The translations under genes were made by a program, and so were the position numbers. 60,000 bases of DNA from Amphiscolops sp. MND2022 (Eukaryota), in NCBI GenBank assembly GCA_964187785.1, contig OZ076409.1, positions 81,346,001-81,406,000 of the forward strand. Direction: 5' to 3'. Under the pieces are notes generated by a model. It worked only from the letters and a program-made list of their open reading frames with translations. It was not told where the DNA came from and searched no databases. Below are positions 1 to 14,300 of the stretch, piece by piece. Each line of letters opens with the position of its first letter. Within the stretch, counting starts at the first letter, position 1.

Positions 1-1430
1 GAGATCGAACCCTGGATATTGGCCAGAGTCAGCTGAATTACAATATTTCTCCAAGAAATACTTCCAAGAGAGGTCTGTCAAAAATTGCTAGATTGGTTTA
101 TTCAGCAAATATTCCTATTACAAAACTAACAAGGTCGGAGGATTTTGCTGAAATATTCAGGGATGTAGAATATGCCAGAGTAAATTATGATATATTAAAC
201 GGGGAGCTGGAATGGCAGTATCATATCCTAGTTTCTAGAATTGAGTCAGACATGGCAAAGCGAGATCCCAAAGAGCTATTAGTCCTCTCACTTGATAAAT
301 GGACTTCAAGTGATAACAAAAAACTTATTGGATTTTACCTTTATTTGAATGGTTTAACATATTGCTTGGGTCTGGTACACTACGTTGGGTTTTGCGGCAG
401 TGAGAAAATAATTGTGCATATTCGACGGCTTTCTAAGAACTTTGATTTAAACTTGCAGGACGTTTCGGTAATTGTTTCTGATTGCGGGTCTGACGTTCAA
501 AAAGTTGCAAAGTTGCTTAAAATAGCATCGTTCCCTTGTCTGGCTCATGTCATAAACTTAATTGCAAAACGGCTTTTGTTGTCAAGAGCAGCCAATATTG
601 AAAGCGAGGATGATGATTTACACGAAATGCCTGTAGATGAAGTTACCAATGCCGCTGAAATTCTCAATGATTCGCTATCGAACGTTGTTTCCCGCTCGAG
701 AGCAATTGTCAGCAAGATAAAGCGCTCATCGGCTTTACAGGACAATATATGTCGTATTCAAGAAGTACTCAATGTTTTCACTCGATATATAAGTACTCGA
801 TATATTTTCATATATGCAAAATTTTAAGCCTACCAGCTGCGATCCTGAATGCCTATTTTCTCTCTGTCGCCCAACAAAAAATTACTTAAAAATAGGCTTA
901 CACCAGCTAATCATTCTAGGAACGTATTTCCTAACAAAAACAAGCATCTTATTGCTCCTAATTCTGGATCATAACTGATTATTGCAATACTTTGATTTTA
1001 CGTTTTACGTGATTGGCAATACATTTTACTTTTCGTTGATTTTTATGTTTAATGTTTAGTGTTATGTTTGATTTCAGTCAGTGCTAAAAATTTTGTTTTT
1101 TGTTTGTTTTGATTTGGTTTTTGAATGCGCATTAATCTGTTTCTTTCGTATTTTTCGTTTTTGTTATAATAGTTGTTTTATGATTGTTTAGCTTCTGTTT
1201 ATCTTTTGTAAATCTTACGCGATATTCGACATTGTCAGTTCATGTATAAGTAAAATGTGTTGTATTTGTGTGACAGAGTTTATTATAAAACCAATTATCA
1301 ACCCAATTATCTAGAAAAATTTCAACCAATTATCAATTATTTCCGTTTCCAGAAAACCAATTTCAACCCAATTACCAATTACACCGACCAATTACCAATT
1401 TCATGAAAAACCATATTATTGAATACCCTG
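1..1430 (+). mobile_element. Right part of a decayed hAT-family DNA transposon
   Basis: Contains a transposase fragment and a cluster of subterminal CCAATTA(T/C)C repeats at ~1290-1400. It ends in ...TTGAATACCCTG at 1430 (CAGGG- on the minus strand, a typical hAT terminus). The left end lies outside the window. Confidence 0.6.
93..870 (+). pseudogene. hAT transposase fragment, internally deleted and frameshifted
   Basis: Motifs LSLDKWTS (first D), VSDCGSDV (second D) and CLAHVINL (CxxH) are present. After a local ACTCGATATAT duplication near 780-805, another frame reads KPTSCDPECLFSLC, resembling the hAT C-terminal P(A)TS..SER.FS motif. Confidence 0.75.
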
Positions 1431-2431
1431 TTCGTAGGTGCTTCCGTTATCATGCCATCCATGTTTTCCACCATAAAATTTTCCAGTTGTATGCTTATTT
1501 CTTCCCAATATGCCATTTTGTAGTTTAACACACATCGTTTAGGATTATCATATTTCACAGGAATATCTATATCAAATAGAACAAGCCAATGACCTTGCTC
1601 TGGAGCAGCAGAGAAGAATTCAATATCCTCGATCACTCGTGCATTGCATACCAGATCACAGCACTTCTGTTCAGTGATGCAAAAATCGATTATGCTGCTA
1701 CCTTTCTTGCTTGCAGAGACAAGACTGAGAATCAGGGATGTTAAATCAATAATTGGAAAAAACAATCATTGCAATGATTGGCGACAAGTACCTGATGGCT
1801 AATTATTCTCCTCCACAATTATTGATTGCTAATTTTCCAATTATTGGCAATTATTCGACTAAGGTCTTGCAGAGGGAAAATATTGACTTGTCGTCAGTTT
1901 TAGCTTTATAGTTTTATTCGATGAAACATGCCGTAAATTTAAGGAATTGGTCAAGAAAACAAGTAATTTGGTTCGAATGCTCGTATAGTCAAAAGAAGGC
2001 ATTTCAAAAGGGTGGTAAAAACACTAGAGCGCCGCGAAAATGACATGGTACTTTGCGTGTGATAATGATGGTTTTGCCTCAGTGATTCTCAAGAAGAAAG
2101 CAAGTACCATAATTTTGAGTTTTTGTTGCTGACATCTAAATTGCCCGAATGATTTTTCCGCACAGCTGGTTTGGCATAGCCCAATCTGCGACACAGACTG
2201 ACACCAGAACATCTTGAGCAGCAACTTTTCCTCAAAGCCATTATTAAACTGTGGACTATCGGAACTGTATCTAAAATTGTTAACAAGTGAAAGTTTTTCT
2301 GAAGTGATTTGTTGTTTGAAATGAACTGATTGCTGTACCTGCTTTTTTTACACTTGCGATAAACAAGTGTTATGGGAAAGTGCGGGTGCTTTTTTTCCCG
2401 CGCGACAACTCGTTTCAGCCCGCAAGTCGCA

Positions 2432-2506
2432 GGCGTTCGTGGTCTAGTGGTAAGATGCTTGCCTTTCAACCCAGAGGGTTCGGGTTCGAACCCGTGCGTT
2501 TGCGCC
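2432..2506 (+). ncRNA. Degenerate tRNA-derived (Glu/Gln-like) Pol III element, SINE head or tRNA pseudogene
   Basis: A box TGGTCTAGTGG, TTC at the anticodon-like position, B box/T-arm CGGGTTCGAACCCG, then a T8 run. The anticodon and acceptor stems pair poorly. Confidence 0.55.
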
Positions 2507-2859
2507 AATTTTTTTTACAAATATTCCGAAGCAGAAAGTTCACTTTTTCGGCACTATGTGACTCCACCCGTTTTTCGGCTTTGTGAGACTTTTTTTCGAA
2601 AGTTTTTCAATGTCCCCAAAGGATCCTCCCTTCATTTTTTTATATTTTGCAACAGAACAAATGTTAAAAAATCCTTAAGGGTCCCTTTCAGATTTTCCGG
2701 CACTATGAGACTGTTAAAATTTCTCATTTTTTGTTTTCGAATAGTTTTCAAAATCTCAAGGGTTCCCATTCGATTTTTTTTTTGAAATTTTGCAACAGAA
2801 TGGATGTTAAAAAATCTCAAAGGGCCCGCTTTACAGTTTTCGGCATTGTGAGATTTTTC

Positions 2860-3209
2860 GGGTGGCTGTAAATAGGTCGAATTTTTCTGGTCGAAACGAC
2901 TGAGGTCGAACCTTTTGATCGAATTACAGGGATCGAATGGAATGCGGTCGACTTTTATCGTATTTGTTGTATGGCTCGGTCGCTTCGCTCCCTTCGCCAA
3001 GTAGCAACATTGAGGCATGGCCACATGGCACGTCGCTCCGCTTCGCTTCGCTCCTGCATTCAGGGCACTAGGGGTATGTGAACATATCTGACTACGTTAT
3101 AAAAATTTCGATCCGAGTTGATTCGATCCCATTCAAAAATTTGGTATTGTCGACCTGAGGACTAACTCTGATTTTTGATCCCGTTCCTTCGACCTATTTC
3201 CGCCCACCC
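2860..3209. mobile_element. MITE with 9-bp TSD (Mutator/MULE-like), nested in an interspersed repeat
   Basis: TIRs GGGTGGCTGTAAATAGGTCGAA ... TTCGACCTATTTCCGCCCACCC are flanked by the direct repeat AGATTTTTC at 2851-2859 and 3210-3218. Confidence 0.8.
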
Positions 3210-3336
3210 AGATTTTTCGAAATGCATAATTTTCGTCTTAAAATTAGGTTTTCTCAGGCCCAGCACGCTATGTCCGATTTTTGTTTTTTTTTCGAAGACC
3301 GGTGTTTTTATGCGAGTTTTTTTTCTAATTTGTTTT

Positions 3337-3410
<74 letters not shown>
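3337..3410. repeat. (CTA)n microsatellite, about 25 units
   Basis: Perfect CTA tandem run. It explains the poly-L, poly-T and poly-S ORFs in the track. Confidence 0.98.
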
Positions 3411-4726
3411 GAAAGACCTAATTCCCTTTGTATAAAAGGCATGTTCTAAAAGGCGGTACAAATGACTTTTACAGGGTGAAAAGTGTAAAATTTCAAGCAC
3501 GACAAATGCTACAAGAGCACTCAATAAACCGAGTGCATGAGCGATTTATGTCGAAGGAAGACACTCGATTATGAAGGTAAATAGAAAGGTCCCTTCTGAA
3601 GCTGTTGAAGTTATCCAAGACAGAAACATTGATTGCTGATAGGTAGTTAGAGTAGCAGCAGATTCTCTGGAAGTAAGATTCCTGGGTTTTGAATTTGTGA
3701 CAGGGATTTACTGGGGAAAGATGGATGAATTTGGAGCTTCTGAGATCTTTAGCTCCCCTCATTTTCATCGAAGCTCCCCTCAATTTTTATTAGAAACGAA
3801 ACGTTTCGCGAGCATAAAGATTTGCTCGAGGTTTTCGGCACTGTGCGATTTACCGGAGACCTTCATTTAAAAAATGAATCAGTTAAAATGATTTTTTTTT
3901 CAATTTTCTGTTTTTTTTAGAAAAATGTTTTCGGTTGAGAAAGATGGGTTTTTTGCTGTTTCCAGTTGAAGAAGAATGGTTTTCGAGATCTATGCGTATC
4001 CCTTCGGGTATTTTTTGGCTCTGTAAAATTGATGAAATTTTAACAATTTCCTTTTACGCTTGGTTCTCCGTATGATCTTTCTTATTTGGTTTTATTCAAA
4101 AGTTCGCAACTTCCTTCGGAAGTGTTTTCGAAGCACGGCCCTCGCCTCTCTGTTGATTATTGCAATAATTGCAATTATTTATTGGTTAGAACATTTTCTG
4201 CAATATTTTTTGGTGATATTCAAATCCTTGCAATTAATTGCAATTAAAAATTGCACATCCCTGCTGAGAATACCGGTTCCCGCCGAGGCATGCCCTTCGA
4301 CGACGTATTCCGAATCCATACCAGTGTTCTCGAACTTGTTAGCCGGGTCCCCTGAAAGAATGAACACAAAAAAGTTTTTATATGCCTTTAAATTGAAAGT
4401 AAGAAAGCGTTTCAGTTGTTACAGGAGTTCGAAGCTGAAACATTATGCTGATAGTTTCGTTGGTGCCTGAAGGGTTGCGAGGCGCCCATGAAGGATTGAA
4501 GGATGAAAACGGAGTCATGAAACAACAGCAGTTTTCACTTTGCCACTAAATATTTTGTAACCTTCCAAATAGCATCTAGAATTTTATTGATTGCCATGTT
4601 TGATACTTGTAATAACTGCTCTTGAAGTGTAATCAAGTATTTGCGTTACTTTCAGAATCATATGCTTTTTCCGCGATTAATTCAATCGTATCAGTTCTCT
4701 ACTATTGACTTCTGATTGGCGTCTAA

Positions 4727-5080
4727 ATGGGAAAGTCTTCAGATTCCAAAATACCAAATTCTAAAGTCAAACGCATAATGTTGCAGAATGAAGATGTTGG
4801 GAGAATTGATTCGGTATGCCCTGCTGTAATGGCCAAAGCCACTGAAGTTTTGCTCACTCAAGTTATAAAAGATGCTCTATTCCAAGTTTCCAAAGAGGAT
4901 AGGAAAACCGTAATTAAAGCTGATATCGAAAAAGCGTTTGAGACCTATTTAAAAACATCAAGCCTTCAATGTCTAAGCGATACAGCAGCTAAATCTCGTT
5001 CTCAGAATCGGAAGAGGAAAAACGTATTTGTCGACGATGAGAATGGAAATGTTCCAATGGAAGATGGATCTCCTTTTTAG
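4727..5080 (+). CDS. DRAP1: Dr1-associated corepressor / NC2-alpha, histone-fold protein (117 aa)
   Basis: KIPNSKVKRIMLQNEDVGRIDSVCPAVMAKATEVLL matches the NC2-alpha H2A-like fold (P.aRIKKIMQ.DEdVGkva...P..isrAlElF). Single coding exon. Confidence 0.8.
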   Translation: MGKSSDSKIPNSKVKRIMLQNEDVGRIDSVCPAVMAKATEVLLTQVIKDALFQVSKEDRKTVIKADIEKAFETYLKTSSLQCLSDTAAKSRSQNRKRKNVFVDDENGNVPMEDGSPF

Positions 5081-5313
5081 TTTTTTTGGAACGTTCATTG
5101 GGAAGGGCTTCAAAAGACGGCAGAAAATGGGCATTATTGGGGGCTCTCAACTAGCTTCTGTGTTTTAGTTTACTTAATCATTTTCAAGTTTTTGTTAACA
5201 TCTCTTAAATATAATTGAAACTGACTTTTCCTTCATTTAATCAATGATGTTCATTCTGTATACCATTGTTTTCATTAATGTGAGATTCGATGTCGTAACT
5301 ATTTTAGATTACA

Positions 5314-8300
5314 ATGAAAAGTCCGGAGAGAGTGCTGTCGTTATATCAAAAAATTTGCGCTGAGAAAAATGTTTCAACTCAGCAATGCATCATAGAACAG
5401 TTGACAGCTTTTGCAAGGAAGTCGTCAGAATTGCTTTCTTTTCGTGGCTACTCTTTAACACTCGATTCGTGTGCCGTTATGGGCGAGTTATTGAGCTCTG
5501 ATAATTTCGCAGCCTTGGATTTTTCCGATTGCGTTCTAACTGATGAGGGTGCAAAACTTATTATTAACGGATTGCTCAATAACAAAACAGTTCATACACT
5601 GAATCTGAAGGTAAGATTTAATCTGATTCGGTCTTCTAAATTTTTCCACGACTGTTGGTCGTAGCTCAGGGTGCGACGTTACTTACTGAAACTTCTGTGG
5701 AAGCTTTCTATAGAAAAGGCTTCTAGTGCTTTTTCCTCACAACTAACAGTGGTAATGATTCGGGGTATACTTTTCGGAGATATTGGTTTCAACTGGAATA
5801 AATACATAAACAAGTTTTGGATGGTTTTCGTTTTCTTCGCCTTCCTGAAATCTAAGTTTTCATCATTCTGGCATTGAAACTTTGATGAGTATAATTGCAG
5901 CTCAAGGCCGCTGACTTTCTAGCAAAAACCACTTTGTTGAATCCTGATGAACCATCTCGAAGGCGGGTTTACTTTTATCAACTCACCGAATTTCATGTCT
6001 GATGTCAGGTCGAAAGCGAGACTCAGTCGAAAACCAATTCCTTCAACACAGGGCTATTTCAGAAAGTGTTAAAATCAAAAGTTAGAGATCTGAATCAAAG
6101 GTACAAAGTTTGTCGCAATTTTGTTACGAAGAGTTTCCGAGATAGTATGATGAATTTCAGAAAATTTCAAGAGTCAAAAATGAGCTAAGTGTTAAAACTT
6201 TTATAATATCTCTTTGATTTCGAAACAAAAATGACTCCTGTGATTCTGGTCGAAATTTGAGACCCTTTTTCTGAGACTTTTTTTGTAAAATGAATATATT
6301 GCTTATGAATTTTTGCCAGCAAAATTGAGCGTCTGTAGTTTTTTGGTACCCTAGTGTACCAACTCGTCTTTGGATGCTTGAAAAACAATTTTGCGATTTT
6401 CGCGTAGTCCAATTTTGGTCCTGTTTTAGGGAAACAATTTGAGGTCGGCGTCAGCTGAGGCACTGGGAAGACTTCTTCGTCATAACCAAGCGATCGAAAA
6501 GTATGGTTGATGAAATACAGTAGTATAAGGAATGGACTGAACCTTTATTTGTAAGAAAAGAATGGGGCCAAAATCTGGCATTTCAGAAAATCACTGTGCA
6601 AAATAGCTGAAAATTGCGGTAAAAACAACGTTATTTTAGTCCAAAAATCACGCTCAAATCACGGTATTTTTTCAAAAATCAGGCCTTAATAACTTCTCGT
6701 CAAATCAACGGAATTACGTTAAATAACCGGAAAAATCAAAAGCGAACAATCTACACTAAAAAGACAATTTTGAAAGAACAACTCTGAATTTCTATGCGAT
6801 CAAAAGCAATGAGAATCAATTTCGAAGATTCCCGATCATTTTCATTGATTGTTTTCTTTACAGATTCTGCATGTGGGGCAACAGTTTAGCAAAATTTGTG
6901 TCAACTTTTGTATGTATATACTTAAACACGGATTTTCTGCTGTTCCATTTCATTCCCTATCTGGAAAAAATGACCTTTAGCGTTTGTTTGCAAATAATGT
7001 CAATTATTTTATTTTTCTTTATAAAATTGATATCAAACGTATTGATGATAATTCTATTTGTTATCTGAAACACAGGATTTTGTTTTCAAAACATTGAAGA
7101 ATTAAACAAATCGTTTAAAACCCGAACTTTGTTTCTAGATAAAAGTTCAGTTCTTTTCTTGCACTACTGTATATTTTTTCATATCACCAACAGTGCTGTG
7201 AAAGAGAAAGTGTCATTAGAAGTAATCTTGTGAACTTCTGTACAAATTTCGGAAAAACAATTCAGAATAGCCGATTTTTCTAAAAACATTTTTTTTGGAG
7301 TTTCATCTAGGTTTGAAAATGTAATTTTCATATGCGTTAAGATGGGGAGTTGTCTTTTAGATGACAGTTTTTGATGTTTTAATAGCTTGAAATTAAACTG
7401 TTGATTATTTTCAAGATTTTAGTCTTTTTTGACTCTAAAAAAGCTTTCTAATGTTGACAAATTACATTCTCGAAGAATCGATTCTTTCTACCTGTATTAA
7501 GATTAGGTATAGAAGTAATTCTCCGATTTAGTTGATTTTCTCCGGAAATTTGTTTTGGCAGCTTTTAGGTATATTAAGAGTCCATCAAGTCTAAGCACTT
7601 AAAATGTCAAAATTTGAGGCCTCAAACCAAACTCCAATAATAATTCATGTAAAGACGAAATTTCAAAAGTCGTGTTGTATTAGAGACTGAATTTCCAAAC
7701 AAATATCATTGTAAACTACATGAAACTACATTAAAATTTTCGTCTCGTTCTTTTGTAACGAATTTCAGTGCTCTTTGAGTTTCATTCTTTTTAATTCAGA
7801 TCATTTTGATTTAAATCCCATTTTTAGTCGGCGTTTTTCGCAGAGAACGTAGGCTATAGCACTGGCGGCTTTTTTAAAGACCGACGTAGTGACAGATTTT
7901 ATAAGCTTTTATAAGCTGAGCTGTTTGAAAAAACGTGAGCTCGGATGTAACGTTTTCAAAGTTAAAGTTCGGTTATAACGTTTTTAAAGTTCGCAAATAA
8001 CGTTTTCAAAGTTCGGATATAACGTTTTCAAAGTTCTGATATAACGTTTTCAAAGTTCAGATGTAGTTTCGGCTTTGTGAGATTCTTTTGAAAATCTCTT
8101 AAAGTCTTCAAAGGGTCCCCCCTTCAATTTTTTGATAGTTGGCAATAGAATGGATTTTAAAAACCCCAAAGGGTCCCCTCTTTATGGTTTTCGGCACTAT
8201 GCGACTTACCGGAAACATTTTTGAAAACAGAATGGGTGTTAAAAAATCCGAAAGGGCGCACCAATGCGGTCCAACTTTAGGGTTTTCCGGGTACTGTAGA

Positions 8301-11300
8301 AGAGAATACTTGACACTTTCAAGTCCTTTTGCTATTTTTGAGTCTTAGATATGAGGCCGTTCCCGGCTTGTTTCATAGAACTGTAAGCCTTTAAGCGTAG
8401 TTTTTGCTCTAGTCTCATCCTGGAGTGGAATGGTCTAGGCATGTGGGATGCCTCGTTCTCTGTGCTGGCTCATGGAATAGCTGCCAATAGGAGCCTCAAA
8501 CGAGTCGATCTCAGGTCTAATCAAGTCTCCCATGACGGGGCTACCGAACTCAGTGTTGCAATCAAGCAGAACCACTCCTTGCAACATCTCGGTGAGAAAC
8601 AACTTTCACTTACCTTGCTTCTCTGGTTTCAATTATTGCTTTTCTGTGAGTTGCCTTAAGCTCAAAGCATCCTGCAAATTTCCAATGTATGCTTAAAATG
8701 TATTCATTGAGGATGTTGATTCAAAAGTTTTTTTTGAATTTTTCAAAATTTTACTGTTCATCTCGCAAAAGCTGTGGGTTTTTCGAAAATGAGTGTGCGA
8801 AGGTGATGATGCAGTTCATTTTGTGACTTTCACATCCTCTGGTGTCTAGACTTGAGGTGGAACAACGTGGGGGTAATTGGTGCTCGAAGTCTGCTCAGTG
8901 TTCTGCCCTTCAACAACAACCTGTTGGAGCTGGAGCTCTGTGGAAACAATATTCCTGACGACCTCATGAAAGCTATTGGTACACATTTTTCAAAAAAAAA
9001 TCCGCATTGATTCAATCTGGCTTTCCTTGGATCATATTTTGATTCATGTGATGTTCGATAGCCATACATTCAATCTGGAGTTCGCTATTTTCCAACGAGT
9101 TTTTAATTTTTTAAAAAAGTTTTTTTTTGTAAAAAAATGCAATGAAAATTGCCAAACGTGATTAGAGTGCCAAAATTTTCGAGTTTTTCAGACGAGTGCT
9201 GAAGAGTTTCTCAATTCCGATGTCAGCATGAATATCCACTGAACCTAACGATGAAACGATTAGATTCTTAGCATACTCTGAAACAATATATTTTAAAAAT
9301 GAAAGTGCTACATAAAACCAATAAAAGCGAAAGTTTTTTAGTTCTCGTACAAATTTCGAACCTCTTCGTTGACATAATTTTTTGGCTTCGCCGTTATTAG
9401 CTTTACAAAATAATCAAGTCTCAAAGGTATTCTAGATTTTATTACTAGAATAATTCATTCAGAAAGTTTACCGGTGTTCCTAATTTTTCACTGGCTGATG
9501 TTTTTGTTATAGAAAATGCAATGAAACGAAACGCCGACAGTAAAATGTTGAAGGAAGATTATGAGTCCAAGGCCCAAGTTCTCACTAAAGAAGTGCGACA
9601 CTTACAAGCCGAAAAAGACTCGCAGGTTTTTACAACTTCTTTTTCTCAATCTAATTTTTTTGCGGGGTACGGAAAACTCAACAGGAGAAAACTCAACACA
9701 AAGTTAAAAACAGAAAACTCAACACATTTAATTAATTTTAGTTAACACCTCAGTTGAGTTTATTTTCCGAAATCTAACTAATTGTTAAATCGGTATTATT
9801 TCTGTTTACACTAAGTCACAATTGCGGCTCATTTCAAAGACATATAAAGACGTATAATTTCCTTTACACCTAGTCATGTTTTTTTTCCTATATTGAACTG
9901 TTTTTCACGTTGAAACGTTGTTTACTTTGGCCCAGACCATGAAACAAAACGATAGGAAAAGTTTAAACGAAAACACAAATATTTTAGAAAAATTGTGTCA
10001 AATGCATAAATTATGAGCAGTACGAACAAGGAATATAGATGTAAAATATATATATCACGATTAATAAATGCTTAAAATGTGTTGAGTTTTCTTTGTTGAG
10101 TTTTCGTGTGTTGAGTTTTCTTGTGTTGAGTTTTCTCGCGTTGAGTTTTCTGGTAATTTTTTTTTTGAATAATAGAAAAACTATTGTTTTGGATTCGAAT
10201 GGATCCACCAGTAGAATCTGCACCCATGTTGATGCTGTTTTTTTGTTCAAACTGGATAGTGGTGCACCAGTTACTAGCTGAAGGCAAAAGCTTTGGCTGC
10301 CTTTCAATTATATTCAGTATATTTCCTGTTCATCGCTGGATTTCACAGCATTGGATCCCGGCTGTTTTTCCTTGTAGACCAGATAACCCATATCACACAT
10401 GTTTAATCCTTCCATGGATTAACTAAAATGGGCGGCTTAGCTTACTAGTCTTACTGTTTTAGTTTACTAATAGAATACTGTAATTTTAGATGAAAGAACT
10501 AGCCGGACAGGTGGAGAAAACTGAATCGAGGTACAAGAAAGAATGTGCAGATTATGCCCACAAAATAGGAAGGCTCCAAGAAACCCTTGTGCAGAGAAAA
10601 ACCCAACTGGCTCAGACTGTAGCTAAACTACGATTGGTTGAAGCAGAACTCTCGATAGCCAATCAGAAAATAGACGAGTATCAGCACTTAGTTGATCGGA
10701 TGCAAGCCGAGTCCAAGGACCATGCTCATCGTTTGCAGGAAGATATGCGATTAGAGCGGGCAGACCGATCAGAGCATGAACAAAAGTTAATTCGTGAAGT
10801 GTCACAGAACAGAGCCGAGAAATCTAGTTTGGATATAAAGGTTTATCTTGAAAATTTTGAATATTGCACTCATGTTGAGACGTCATGCTTAGGTTTGAAT
10901 GTAGGATTTGTTCTCTGTTGAGAACGCGTAATTGCTCTGAAATTGATCTTTCACGTTTGGTTTTCATTTGAATTGCACGTGATAAATTGGAGTTATTTTT
11001 AAAGTGATGAATAGGCTGATCATTTCGAGTAGATGTTAGGATGTTTTCTTTGCGAAACTCGAGCAATCGTTTGTGAAGTTTCTCGAAAACATTCACCAGA
11101 GAACTTAAAAAACTTATTGATCTGTAATGAAACCTGTTGTTGCGTTTCTTCATGCCTAGCGTTTCGTAGATAATTTCAGCATTCGGATTCTCGCCCAATT
11201 CTGACACTAATATAAAGCAAGTCAAATAATGCTGATAATAAGGAATCTCAGTTCTACGTACAACAAAAGTTTACCGAGCCGACTGTTTGTCATCAATGTA

Positions 11301-14300
11301 GCTGCTGTGTTTTTGCATATGCAAAATGGTTTTTCAACCATTATTGCAAATATTTGGCATGAACGGCATTCTTCGGTGATAATTTTTCTAACCCACTGCT
11401 GAGTCATGAAATTTAGCTGTGACCAAATCATTGATTGAACGTGTTTAGATATCGGATTTGATGAGGAAGAACGATTCTCTAGAAGTTCAACTGAAGGAGT
11501 CCCAGGAACTGGAGGCAAAACTCCAGACAGAGATGAAGTTGAAAACTGTGCAGCTTGATGGTTGGTTTACATTGTAACATCTACCGATACACGCGCTCAT
11601 ATCCCAAATGATCCAAGGCAATAGTTTTTCACTGATTTCAGAGCAACTATCAATAGAAAAACAAAAGTGCAGAGAAGCCATTCGGAATATTGAAGATTCC
11701 ACCGAAAAGGAAGTTTTCAAGTTGCGACAGGAAAACGAGGAGAGTGCACGGAAAATGCAAGAAAAGTGAGCTATCTTCGGCTACTAACGTTTCAATTTCT
11801 CATGCCATCTTTATTCGGCGAGATATTTGGGATCTTAGAGCTACAGTCCTCCAAGTCCCGTTGCGAGGCCTGTTGCTCAATAGGTCGCATTTGGGGGACT
11901 TATGCTTCACGCAGTGATATCATTAATTTCAAGTCCAAACAGATCTTTGAGGGGACACTATATAATAAACACTATAATTGAAAGGAAATTAGGATTGGTG
12001 ATAACTAAAAACATGGTTATCACATTCACTCATGTCTTTGGGTTCAAATAGTTGTATATTCACTAAAAACTTATAATAATAATATTTATCAATACTCTGT
12101 TCGTTGTAGGCCTCGATTTAAACCGTGATTTGAACCTGGCTAATAAAGACAAAAAAGCGTGTATGAAAACTCTCGTGCCGGGTGTGACTGATCTTCTGGA
12201 AGTCATATTTGAGGGATGCATTTCCCACTAAGGGTGTCCGTGGGCTATTGCTCATGTTCAGTGTTCTCTTTCAGTGTTCTTGAAAAAATATTTCGTTTAT
12301 TTTCAAAGACCTTTTTTTGCACATGACGAAGTCAATGTGCATTGCAGTCCAGCTAAGTAAGTTTTTTTTCCATTATAGTCAACTTCATAATGAGCGCCTT
12401 TTAGAAAAAAGCCAAAACCCCAGAGAGATTCGAACCTGAACAAAGTTGAACTGTTGAATATATACGCATGCGATTAAGATAATATATACAGTGGTGTGAA
12501 GAAAGAATGCGACTTAGTTGCTCAGAATGCAAAGAATTCTCTAATCTGATTGGTTCACAAAGCCTCGCTGCTCAAATCTCATTGGTTTAACGAACGTCGA
12601 TCGCTCGCAAAATTCAGTATTTTCAATATTTTACCGTCTTTCGGGGATAATTTGTACATGAAAATTATACCAAAAAGTTTCTCTGATTTTTCTCAATCCC
12701 ATGATAGTTTTTGTTTGTGGAAATCACCAAGAAAACAAAAATGGGAGCACTTTTTCGTCCAGTAAAATTGGAAATACATGTATTAAGATAGAAGTTTCAT
12801 ACTTACTTTTGGCAAAACTCCCGCCAATATAAATTTTCCAAATATATTCAAAATCAAATTTCATCTTCGTTTTCCAGAGATTTGAGTGTATCTCCAAGGC
12901 AAAGTTTATCAAGAAATATTCTTTGGATCACTGATATTTTTTCAACAATTAACAATTTTAAATATTTACTTCCCAAAATCACATGTTTCTAACTTCGGGA
13001 ACAATGATGGTTGAAATTTCAAACAAAAACCATTGTATTCATAGAAAAAATTCAAGAAACTTTTGTTTTTACCGAATTGAACCATTTCGAATAGTCTTGG
13101 AGATATGAGACTGCAAAATAACCTTTTTGAGCAGCTAAGTAGCATTCTTTTTTCACACCACTGTATACGCATATTAAAATAATCGATGTCTTCGTCATGT
13201 GTTGCCAAGCACTGCTTCGCCTCTGTGTACATTAGTTTGATTTCCTCAGGCTAACCAGAATGGAGCAGACGAAAATGTCATTGGAGGAAGAATTGAGTCG
13301 TGCCAAATCGCAAGCGATGCAAGATCGAGTTGCTTTCGAAGATGAACTCACAGAAGCCCGTCAACGAATACGTTTAGAAGAGGAGCAAAAATACCGCCAT
13401 GTCGAAGACAAACTCAAGTTGGCTGTTAAGTCGAAGGAAGAATTGCAACAGTATGCCAATCAACAAACCAACCTGGTCAACCAATTGCAATCGAGTGTCA
13501 GCAGCTTGACTATTGAGAATGAAGCCCTCAAGCGGCGCCAAGAGGAATTGACGCAAGAGGTCGCTGCAAAGGCCGCGGAAGTGAATGTGGCTGTGATGAA
13601 AACCAAAACAGATTTTGCCAACCAAATCATTCGATTGGAGTCTGAAAATTCATCCTATCAGGAGATGAAGGAACAAAATGTACAGTTGGATAGAAGATTG
13701 CAAGGTGAGAAAATTTGTTATTTGCGTTTGTTGAACTAATCCAGGACCATGGTTCTTCTCCCTCCCCCACAAAGCGGCAGCGGAAAAAATAAATGAGGTT
13801 CAAAAACCATTTTGTCGACATAGTTTGCGATGGGAATTTAATCCATTAAAATAATTAGAGTCGATATAATTCTATCTTGTGTATTGAGTCGCAGATCAAC
13901 TTTGCTCATTATATTCAATGATGGAGAAATTTTGCGTTAAAATTGGGGGACCTTAATGTAGGACTTTGGCCTGTTTCAGGGGTAAAATTGTTTTTGTATT
14001 TGGAAAACAATATCAAAAAGTCAGGGTTATTTTTTGCTGGAAGTATCAAAATAACTTTATACATACAATCCTTTAACTATTTGTGACCATATGAAATTTT
14101 TTCATTCGTAGAAGAGTTTTTTTTCGAGTATGAAAACGATTTTCGTGTTGGGGGGAGGTAATCGAATAAACAGTTGTACCTGTAAGGGGGGACTTTGAAT
14201 ACGGAACATGGTCCCAAATCGATTCTTGTCATTGAATAGACGGATCTATCGATGAAATTTTTCAAAGTGCGCTCAGATTTCATTTTTGAACACAAATCCA

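Noticed and set aside
1379..1765. 128-aa minus-strand ORF
   Set aside because: Non-ATG start, runs across the hAT terminus, and has no convincing motif. At most a small retroelement relic.
2432..2506. Bona fide tRNA-Glu(TTC)
   Set aside because: The anticodon and acceptor stems are disrupted and it adjoins interspersed repeats. More likely a SINE head or pseudogene.
3162..3524. Poly-Ser, poly-Leu and poly-Thr ORFs
   Set aside because: Artefacts of the (CTA)n microsatellite.
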